Translations under genes and position numbers: made by a program
Notes under the pieces: model-generated
Seen by the model: the letters and a program-made list of their open reading frames with translations, nothing else
Told to the model about the DNA's origin: nothing
Database searches by the model: none
NCBI GenBank assembly: GCA_034780895.1
Contig: JAUZTB010000002.1
Location: 44,985,576-45,049,575, forward strand
Length of the DNA stretch: 64,000 nt
DNA from: Rhynchobatus australiae
Taxonomy: Eukaryota
Reading direction: 5' to 3'
Part shown: piece after piece, positions 12,631-22,875 of the stretch
Position numbering within the stretch: position 1 is the first letter of the stretch
How the letters are laid out: every line of letters starts with the position of its first letter

Positions 12631-14924
12631 TCAAGTATCCGTGATTAGTTACACTAACTTTCTACTGCACAATATAGAGGCTGTTTCTGTGCTGTTTCTC
12701 TCTATGACTCAAACAATATTCTCTTTATTACCATACTCAAGATACAGTATGCTCAATTTTAAGACAATTATTAAATGGAAAATGTAGCAATACCACATAA
12801 CAGTAACAACACTGCATAATCAGTCAGAATATATATGGAGATCAGCCCATGTAGTGAAATTTGTACTTTGGGATGGGCTATTTATCACTTTTCACATTAA
12901 ACTAGGCTCTGGCAGTACCTTTTGGACTTCACACACTACTGCAAACTGTATATCATAGCACTTTTTGAGCTACCCAGGTGTGTGAGAGTTTGCTGTTCAA
13001 CAATCTTGCTTTTAGAAGGGTATTTTAGAAGCCTTGTTATAAGATTTGTAACAACATCTTCAGTTTTGCTTGTCTATTCTGTTTATTTTGCTCTTTATAG
13101 TTAAGGTTTTCAGCAGATTTGTGCTCTGGTAGAGCCAGTTTGTTTATATTCATGACGCAGGTGTAGTGTGTGTCTCAAAGGGAATTCCATTTTACTTAGG
13201 AAGATTCGGGAAGCAATGGAAGAATGAAGGACAGCAGCACCTAGGAGGGACAGGATCAGAGCACTGGTAACCTCCCATTCACACTTATAGACAGAGGTGC
13301 AATTTCTGGCAATCATGTTAGAGAAGAAATGCCACGTGATGCAGACAGCAGATATTCCAATACGCAACAGTGTAACTAGTAATGCCAGTTCCATTCTTGG
13401 GCCTAGTAGATTATGGCCTTTCACCACCTCCTTGGCGTGCCACAAAGTGGGATCATTGCAAAATTGCCCTGGAGTGACAAACACAATGAAGAAGGCCAAG
13501 AACAGACAGGTCAGTGTGGCAGTTTGGTCCCAGGCATATAGCAATTGAGAGGGTGATGCTAAAGCCTGTCCTGACTAATTTAAATTGGAGCCCCAGCTGA
13601 GTGATCTACATCACAGTCTAAAGTAAATACCAACAATCTTTTGACCATTACAAAAATAATATTTTTGCTAAAAATTAATCTTTGAATAAATGTTGCTGTA
13701 AGAAAAATAGCTTAACAAATTGCTCATCTCACCAATGACCCTAATCAGTCATGCACTTGTAAGGAGTGCATGTTATCACTTTCAGTTCTTGGATCTGAAA
13801 TTCTTTTGGCTCTTTCCCACCAGTAGAACAACAGCAGTTCAGATCTTAAAGTTTGCCCAACTCAGGAGCCAAAAAACCTGTCTCAAATTAGTGCAATAAA
13901 ATAATTTGCATATTCAGCATGGGTGGTCCAGGTCAGGAAATAACAAGACACTCACCCTACTTTGGCACAGAGGATAGTGGTTCTGGAGTGGGCTGATTGG
14001 ACAACACAGGGTTATTTTGGTGAATGAGTGAAAGGGCACTCAGTGAGTGCTCTGCTGTTAAGTCATAATTGAAAACTTACTTTGAACATAGGACCTTGAC
14101 TTTAGTTCCACTATAGTTTTATTCTAGATTAGAACTAATATTGCAAAGGCATTGAAAAGTCACTGGCTTTTGTAGGTTATGTAAGATGCATGCACAGATG
14201 CACAATATATTGACAAATTTGAATGCATCAATTCCAGCATCTCTCCATTTCCATTCATGTGTTTCTATATTCCTCATATTACTGATGCAAGAGTAAAGAA
14301 AGTACCTTGGAAATAGATTTAACATTTCATTTAATTTGGCCGGGTCCCTGTTTTCTATTCCCAAAGACACAGACTGACACAAAATGTAAATGACGGCAAC
14401 ATCCTGTATTTTTGCAGTAAGTAGTTCTTGTGGGAAAATCCTTTTGTAAAGAACTCACAACAGCATCTAGGATGTGAGCATACAATGTTCTGGCACAGGA
14501 TGTTATGGATCAATGGATCTCTCAGACAATGTGAGAACCACAACTTATCAAGATAGGATATGACTAGTAAACAGGAAGCAACGTGACAGATCAGAATAGC
14601 TGAACACTTGTGCCAATTTTTGTATTTACTTAGGAACCTTGCTGCTATATACCAAAAGCAGGTAAACACTTCAGCTCAAGAAGAAGAAAAACAGTCATTT
14701 TACATTAATCAACACTGCTAATTTCTAGTCTTCCTTTGTGTATGCTTGAATGACCAATCCTATTATTCTGACCAAAGACATTTTCATTTTTATTTCTGCA
14801 ATTAGTCTTACAATGGCTGAGTTTTTACATCCACATAGGAATCACTGAATTTTTTCAATGAACAAATTGCTGGATATTTTTTGGTGTGTGAGGGAGGTCC
14901 CTCAAATTGATATGTCTGTCACAA

Positions 14925-16260
14925 CAACATAAGAAGTAGAAGCAGGAGTAGGCCATTCTGCCCCATTGCACCTGTTCAACCATTAAATGGCTAATCTTTC
15001 ACCTTGGCTAACCACACATTCCTTCATTTCTAGACTNNNNNNNNNNNNNNNNNNNNNNNNNNNNNNNNNNNNNNNNNNNNNNNNNNNNNNNNNNNNNNNN
15101 NNNNNNNNNNNNNNNNNNNNNNNNNNNNNNNNNNNNACCACACATTCCTTCATTTCTAGACTATCCAAATATACTGATTCATGTCTTGAATAGTCTCAGT
15201 GACTGAGCCTCCATAGCCTTCTTGGTGGAGAATTCTATATTCCTCTAGGTGAAGAAATTTCTTCTCATCTCAGTTCTGAATAGTTGACCCCTTATTTTGA
15301 GACTTTGACCCCTGGTTTGAAACAACCAGCCAGGAGAAAAATCTGTCCTGTAAGAGTTTTATACATGCTGATGTGATCACCTCTCTTTCTTTGAAGCTGA
15401 AGAGAGCACAGGCCCAATCAGCTTAACCTCTCCTCACAGGACACTCACCACATCCTAAGATTCAATGCGCTAAATCTTCATTGCACCCTCTCTAGCACAA
15501 ATACATCATGTGGACATCAGACCTGTGCAAAAGATTCCAGAAGCAGCCTTACCAAGACTCAGTAAAAAAAAAGTCAGTAAGATCCTTTTATTTTTCAACC
15601 TGTATTTATTTTATTTAATCAGTATTTAATGAAGGTCAATGTGCTGTTTACCTTTCAAATTGTTTGCTCCAGTGCCATGTTACTTTTCAGTTATTCATGT
15701 TAAGGACACCCAGTCTCTCTGAATACCAACACACTTCTACCTCTCACTGCTTAAAAAATATGCTTTTTTTCCCTACCAAAGTAGATGTCTTCGCATTTTA
15801 TGCATGGGCCCGTATCAGTAAATATTGACATATTACACTTGGTCTCCTCAATCAAATCATTTATATATGTTGTAAACAGATGGGACTGCAACATTGATCC
15901 CTGCAGCACNNNNNNNNNNCATAGTGTCCTAACATGAAAATGACTTGTTCGTTCCTACTCTCAACTCTCTGTCTGTTACCCAATCCCTAATCCACAGGAT
16001 TATATCACATCTGATCCTGTGTGCTATAATTTGGTTTGATAACCAAATATTGCACCTTTTTGAAGGCCTTTTGGAAATCCAGATACAAGTTCAGCCTTAT
16101 CTATTCTCAGGTTACAAATTCAAACAACTCTTAACAGATTTGTCAAATGTAACATTCTTCTTATGACTTCACATTGACTCTCCCCAATCCTACTGTTATT
16201 TTCTATGTGTCGAATGACCAATTTATTAATAAGGAATTGTAGCATTTCACCTCCTCATGA
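14925..16260 (-). mobile_element. CR1 LINE 3' portion, decayed
   Basis: Starts with reverse-strand CR1 tail aacataagaagtagaagcaggagtaggccatt; gtgaagaaatttcttctcatctcagt; aaggccttttggaaatccagata (reverse of the LDFQKAF motif). Confidence 0.75.
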
Positions 16261-16849
16261 TATACCCACTTTCTTTTTTTCTTATAAATTGGGGTTACTA
16301 AGCACAAAAACAAAAATTCCTGTGCTAACCTTTAGGAATTGGATGTGATGGTGGACAGAAATGTTGGTCTTCTACTTCCTACATCTTTAAACCCATGTTA
16401 ATTCCTCAATGCACTGTATAATTTGCATAATGTGCATACATACCTGTACTATTTACTCACAGCTTTCATGGGTCACCTTCTTCATAGGTTTGTGGTGATG
16501 TTGCATGGTGAAGATGTGGTTGTGGTGGGAGGATTTTCACTCTAGGATGTGGCAAAAGGGAAGACTGTGAGTTAGGATACCTGGACTGCTCCCTCTACCC
16601 CTGGAGAGAAGCTGTAGCAATCTATTGGGTTTGATTCAGCTCTCTTCCATTTGTTCCCCCCTCCAGGATTTAACTGTGGATTAACTCCAGGATTAACAAT
16701 TTTGAGTGAGTTGGGGGGCTTCATTTTAGGAGATTCATTTCTTATGGATAAGCTATTACTTATCAACTCCTGTAAAAAAACTGATTACTTTGCTCTCTGT
16801 TCCTTCCTTCCAAGCCTCACTGTCTTTTGATTGCCTGACACTTTGATTT

Positions 16850-17150
16850 TCCATTTCAATCCTGCTCTGATCTTTCTGCCTTTGGTTCTCTAATGCTCCA
16901 ATGATGCCCAGTGTACGTTACGCATGTTCCAACCCATGGAATTTAATAATGAGTTTAACGATTTATTTTCACTGATGTGACTGTGCCTTTGTTTCTATTT
17001 TTTTTCTTCTCCTTTGTCTCTGTATCAATTTGTTCCAACTTCTGCTTTTCAAAATAATTGTTACCTTGACAACTTGGTCTGTTTCTGATCATTGACACTT
17101 CCCCTTTCTCTCCATCCGTCCCCTCTACAACTTTTCTTCTCTTCTTACCT
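16850..17150 (+). mobile_element. Highly decayed Penelope-like 3' fragment
   Basis: ttccaacccatggaatttaataatgagtttaacgattt resembles the LQPxGxNxEFNxF end of PLE ORFs; a pyrimidine-rich UTR follows and appears to resume at about 17930. Confidence 0.4.
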
Positions 17151-17334
17151 GCTTATTTATATGATCTTACATTATAAAATAAGAATGAGTTTTGGTGTGA
17201 AAATAGAAAATATGTTTTTTATCCACAAGCTTTTATAAATAAGAATATTTAGCCCCTTGAATCTATCTGCTCTAACATTCATAGCCTATCTGATCTTGAC
17301 CTCATTTATATTTTCCTTTCCCTTTAATTCAAAA

Positions 17335-17890
17335 TCAGTCATGGAGTCACAGACTAATAGAGCCATACAACACAGAAATGGGTCCTTTGGCCCACCATGT
17401 CCATGCCAATCTTTTTGCCCTAATCCCACTTGCCTACATTAGGATTGTATTCTTCTTACCTCTGTCCTAAGTGTCGTATTGTTTGTCAATATGGTGAACC
17501 TTTGTTGCATTCCTCCCATAGCAAGTAGATCCATTATTCAGTAAAGAGACCAATAGCCCAGATGGGGTCTCACCAAAGTCCAGTATAATTGTCAGAAGAC
17601 ATCCTTGCTTCTTTACTTAAAACCTTTTGCATTATAGGTATTTGCCTCCTTAACTGCTTGCTTCACCTGCATGTTTGCTTTCAGTGACTGGTGTACAAGG
17701 TCTCTATGTCTCCCATCATTTTTCTGTCTTTCTCTTTTCTCTATTGAAGTGGATAACTTAAAATTTGTATTGTGAGTAGCTGAGGTCTTGGGTACTTCTG
17801 TAGTCACCACACACTACCATTTACACTATTATGTGGGACTGTATCAATGGCTTCTGAAAATCCAAATACAACACATCCACTGGCTATCTG
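17335..17890 (-). mobile_element. CR1/SINE tail plus CR1 fragments
   Basis: agagccatacaacacagaaatgggtcctttggccc tail; ccagatggggtctcaccaa; ggcttctgaaaatccaaata. Confidence 0.65.
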
Positions 17891-17929
17891 TTTTGCCAGC
17901 AATATAATTGTTGTAGGCCTGCATTCAAT

Positions 17930-18100
17930 TCCTTCCACAGCTGAAAACATTCTTATCTTCTCAGTTTTCCACTTCTGATGAAGGATATTTGAACTGAAAC
18001 GTCAACTCTGTTGCTCTCCCCACTGATGCTGCCTGATCTCATGACCACTTCCAGCTTTCTATGTTTTTGTTTCAGATGAGCAAAACCTGCAGTTTTTGTT
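17930..18100 (+). mobile_element. Penelope-derived short repeat with hammerhead-like core
   Basis: CTGATGA at 17975 and GAAACGTC at 17996, then gatgctgcctga...ttccagc...tttcagat...ctgcag. Confidence 0.7.
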
Positions 18101-19335
18101 TTCCCCACCACTACTTAAAGGCCTACTCGTCACTTAAAGGGATACTCTTCATTTCAAGTCATTGGTGATGTAGCTGTGAAGAGGTCCTCTGAGAATTTCA
18201 AAGATACTTCGTCAAGGCCTCACCATGCTCTATCAACATTTATTCTGAAAATTCTACAGGAGTTCACCTGTAAGCAGCAACAGCAGAAGAAAAGATTTCA
18301 TAACTGACTGACATCATTTAAAGCCAGCCTCCAGTACTTGTAATATGGCTGTAGTGCATCATGGCTATGGTAGATGTGGATCAGCATTCTGCACAGAAGC
18401 TGCCCAGGGAAGCTGTGAAGAATAGCACTGAATGAAAAATGGTGGGCATCATCGTTTTCAAAGAGTGCTCTGGAGATCTTAGAGGAAGGNNNNNNNNNNG
18501 GGATCGAAAGAAAAAGCAGTGTTTTGTTCAGTGCCAAAAATCAAGCCCTGCAGTTCAGGTCAATCACTACTTTTTCAAATGCATTATAGCAGCAAGTGCA
18601 CCACAAACCTGAATCATTGCTCTGTACACCACAAACCCATCACTCACTTACCAACAATCTTCATCAATCAAACTCCAGGTGACTTAAGCATGCACCTTTC
18701 ATTTAACCTATTCCTGCACTAGTGGAGGCAGATAAAATGGAAGGAGATTGAGAATAGGTGGTTAATGGGACTTGCCTCCAATCCTGCAATCTTTTCAGTT
18801 TATGCATTAGCCTATGTTCTGGTGCCCAATCGTTTGTGTATCTCTCAGCTGATTTGTAATCCCTGATGATCTTCATTTAATAAAAAAAGAGCCATTTTCT
18901 ACAGCACAAATCACAAAACAATATGATGCAGAAATATTGATGAAAAAGCTGCAAAATATAACCTGTGTGTATTTTATTTGGAGATCATTGCAGAGAGGTG
19001 AGTGCAAAGGGTTTCACAATTCTTCTTTTAATTTGCCGACACACTACATTGACTCCATTTTATGCATCCATACACAGAAATATTTAGAGCTGTGCACTGT
19101 TAAACATCTGCAAGGTAGGCATTGCTGTGCCAACACTTTGGCAAGAGATGAGAATTCAAATTAGGTGTTAAATAGTTGACTCTCTAAATTTTTAGACCAT
19201 GGTATTTATAGGATATTACATAATAAAATAGGTATGAGTTCTGGTGTCATTCACATTAATTATCCACAGTATGTGTTTTTATATGTCAATTATGAAAATA
19301 GAAAATATGATTTTGTTCCACAAGCTGTTATAAAT

Positions 19336-21235
19336 AAGAACATAAGAAATATGAACTGGTGTAGGCCATATGGCCCCTCGAACCTGCTCTCAAACAAAGC
19401 TGAGCCCTTAAGCCCGGAGTCGTATAGCATGGATACAGGCCATTTGGCCCACTACATCCATGCTGACTAGCGGGCACCCATCCGTATTAGTCGCATCTTT
19501 CAGCACTTGGTCTGTAGCCTTCTATGCCTGGACAATTCAAGTGCTCGTCTAGATACTTCTTTGTGACTCTGCTTCTACCACCCTCTTTGGCAGTGCATTC
19601 CAGGTACTTTCCACCCTCTGGGTGGAAAATTTACCCCTCAGAGCCCATCTAAATCTCTTACCCTTTACCCTAAATCTATATCCTCTGCTTTTATTCCCCT
19701 CTGGTAAGAGGAAAGTTTTCCTATTGTCTGCCCTATCTCTATCACTCGTAGTTTTATATACTTCATTCAAATTCACTCTAAGCCTCCTCTGCTCCTGGGA
19801 AAACAGACCTAGCCTCTCGAGTCTCTCCTCATAACTGAAATGTGTCATCCCAGGCAACGTCCTGGTGAATGTCCTCTGCACCCTCTCCAGTGTTATCACA
19901 TCTCTGTGTAGTGTGGTGACCAGAACTGCACACAATGCTCTGTAAAATTGGAACATAACCTTTCTACTCTTATTTTCAATGCCCTGATTAAGGAAAGCCT
20001 CACCACATATGCCTTCTTAACTATGTTATCTACTGCACTGCCACCTTCATGGATCTTTGGACTTGCACGTCGAGGTCTCTCTGTTCCTTACTTCCCCCTC
20101 GGATCTTACCATTCATGGTGTATGTCGGAGCCTCATTAGTAATGCCAAAATGCTTCACCTCACATTTATCAGCTTAAACTCCATCCTCCGTTCCTTATCC
20201 CATTTCACCAACCCATCAATATCACCCTGAAGCCTAAGACTACCCTCCACATTATCAACAGCTCTACTGATCTTTGTATCTTCATGTCATCTGCAAAGTT
20301 ACTGATCATGCCTCCTACATTCACATCCAAATCATTCACATATATTACAAACAGCAAGGGTCCCAGCACCCATCCCTATGGCAAGCAGTCACAGGCATCC
20401 TGTTACAAATACAATCCTCTACCCTATGTCTCCCTTTGCCAATTTTGTATCCAACTTTTCTACTTAACCTGGCTGCCATGGGCACTAACCATTTGGACCA
20501 GTCTTCATGCGGACCTTGTTGAAGTCCATGTACACCACATCTACTACACTGCCCTCATCAATGCACTTCATTACCTCCTTAAAAAAAATCAATCCATGCT
20601 GGCTATCTCTGATCAGTTCCTGCATTTTCAAGTGATCGTTAATCCTGCCCCTCAGAATCTTTTTCTAATAATTTCCCCATTCCTGATATTAGGCTCAGAA
20701 GCCTGTAACTGCCAGACTTTTCCCTGCTACCCTTGTTGAGAAGGGGGACCACATTTTCTATCTTCCAGTCATCTGGTACATCAATTGTGACTAGCAAAGA
20801 TCTAAAAATCTCTGTCAGGGCTGCAACGATCTCTTTCCTTGCCTTTCACAGCAGCCTGGAATAAATCTCATCTGATCTTGGAGATTTATCCACCTTTAAG
20901 ACCGCTAAGGCATTGAGTACCTCTTCTTTATTTATGGAGACTTGCACGAGACTTTCACCTTCTCCTTCGCTGATTTCTGCATCTAGAAAGTCTGTTTCAT
21001 CTGTGAATACTGATAAAAGCTATTTATTTAGGATATCACCTATACCTTCTGACTCCACACACAGTTTGTCCCAGTAGTTCTTAATGTGCCCTACTCTTTC
21101 TTGGTAATTCTTTTGTCTGTAATATGCTTATAAAACACCATTAGATTTATCTTAATCCTGTCTACCAGTGATACTTTGTAACCCCTCTTTGACTTCCTAA
21201 TTTCCTTTTTAAGCATATCCTTGCACTTTTTATAC
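19336..21235 (-). mobile_element. CR1 LINE, about 1.9 kb, 5'-truncated
   Basis: ORF 19549-19956 (LERVQRTFTRTLPGM..FSYEERLERLGLFS.EQRRLR) is the CR1 ORF2 C-terminus; tgtcatctgcaaag is the reverse of FADD; two stacked 3' tails at 19336 and 19415. Confidence 0.9.
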
Positions 21236-21239
21236 CCCA

Positions 21240-21345
21240 GACAGATGTGGGCTGAATATAAAATGGGATTAATGTCGGATTAGGGTAAATGGATGATTGA
21301 TAGAGGACTGAAGGACCTACTTCCATGCTGTATCTCTCTATGACT
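21240..21345 (+). mobile_element. SINE/CR1-type 3' tail
   Basis: ggactgaaggacctacttccatgctgtatctctctatgactc, the shared CR1/HE1 tail. Confidence 0.6.
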
Positions 21346-21499
21346 CCAACCTTACTTTTTTTTAAGTGCTTGTTTAGGTATGTAATTCTTAGGCATTTAC
21401 CAACCATTTATATTTTTAGAACTTAGTCTTGGGGACCTGAGGATTGGAACAAAGTAGTTCAGAATTTCAGTAAAAATGACATAATATTAACTACCACAG

Positions 21500-21792
21500 T
21501 CACTTCCCAGTGAAAGGGAACCAAAGATGAAAGGACATAGGTTTAAGGGGAGAGGAGAAAGATTTAAAAGAGACCTGAGGAGTAACTTCTTCACACAGAA
21601 GGTGGTGTGTATGTAGAATGAGCTGCCAGAGAAAATAGTTGAGGCAGGTACAATAACAACATTTAAAAGACATTTGGATGAGTACATGGATAGGAGGGGT
21701 TTGGTGGGATATGGGCCAAATGAGGGCAACTGGGACTACTGATTTGGGCTCCTCAGTCAGCATAAACAAGTTGGGCCAAAGAGCCTGTTACC
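21500..21792 (+). mobile_element. CR1 LINE 3' end
   Basis: ggacataggtttaagg...ttcttcacacagaaggtggtg...gagctgccagag...tttaaaagacatttggat...gggccaaagagcctgtt (FFTQRVV region and tail). Confidence 0.85.
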
Positions 21793-21949
21793 ATTAATTT
21801 TAATTTTTAATTTTTTTTAATTTTAATTTTATTAATGAACTTAAATATTTAGTGCCATCAAACTTTATTACTTCAGAGCAAAATGATTGTATGAAGTTAA
21901 TTGAAGCATAGTTTTTATCACCAAGTCAAAGCACACCATCGGAACTGAA

Positions 21950-22875
21950 GAAAAGAAAATACTTCAGAAGATCTCAGAAGAATATNNNNNNNNNNNNNNN
22001 NNNNNNNNNNNNNNNNNNNNNNNNNNNNNNNNNNNNNNNNNNNNNNNNNNNNNNNNNNNNNNNNNNNNNNNNNNNNNNNNNNNNNCAGAAGATCTCAGAA
22101 GAATATAGACAGACTGAAATGGGAAGACAGACTACACATGAAAGTTAATGCAGAGACATGCAAAGTAATATATTTTGGAAGGCAGAATAAGGAGAGGCAA
22201 TATAAACCAAACAGTACAATTTTAAAGAGCTGCAGGAACAAAGAGATCTGGAGGTTTATAGACATAAATCTTTGAATTTGGCTGTACAAGTTGATATTTC
22301 CTTGGCTTTATCAATAGAGGCATGGAGTACAAGGCTAGCGAATAATGATAAACTACTATAAATCAAATTAGGCCTTCAGTTAGAGCACTGTATTCAATTC
22401 TGGTCACCCACATTTTAGTAAGGATAGCTATGTCTCTACCCAAAATATTGATACATACCTTCTGCCTCCACAGATGCTGCTTGACCTATTGAGTTCTTTG
22501 AATGTTCTGTTCTTTTTGTTTCAGATTCCAGCATCTGCAGTCTCTTTTGTCTCCAAGGCCATGGAGAGGTGGCTAGAAAAGATGAGGGGAGCAGTACCAG
22601 AGATGAGGAAATTCAGTCAGGTTGGGAACAAGAGAAGCTGGAGTAGTTTTCTCCGAAGCTGAGAAAGTTAAGGGGAGATTAAACAGAGGTGCTTCAAATC
22701 AAAGGATTTCATGGAATAAATGAGGAAGAAATAGAGTTACACTGAATGGATTGGCAGAAACCACAGAATACAGATGTACGTTATTTGGCAAAGCAACCAG
22801 AAGAGAGATAAGTAGAATACTTATTATGTCATGAGTTGTTAACTATAAACTCTGCATTTGAAACATGGACATATC
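21950..22875 (+). mobile_element. CR1 LINE ORF2 fragment interrupted by a Penelope-derived repeat at about 22430-22555
   Basis: cattttagtaaggata...aaggccatggagagg are contiguous CR1 sequence either side of a cacagatgctgcttgacc...ccagcatctgcag insert. Confidence 0.75.

Noticed and set aside
13895-14005. Octamer ATTTGCAT plus CCAAT-like motif suggesting an Ig or snRNA promoter
   Set aside because: No leader or V exon, RSS or snRNA nearby; the octamer also occurs at about 741, 16421 and 31180, as expected in AT-rich DNA
20284-20739. 151-aa plus-strand ORF (MSSAKLLIM...) and similar ORFs at 19622, 21487 and 38450
   Set aside because: Antisense frames of CR1 reverse transcriptase; MSSAK is the reverse strand of FADD
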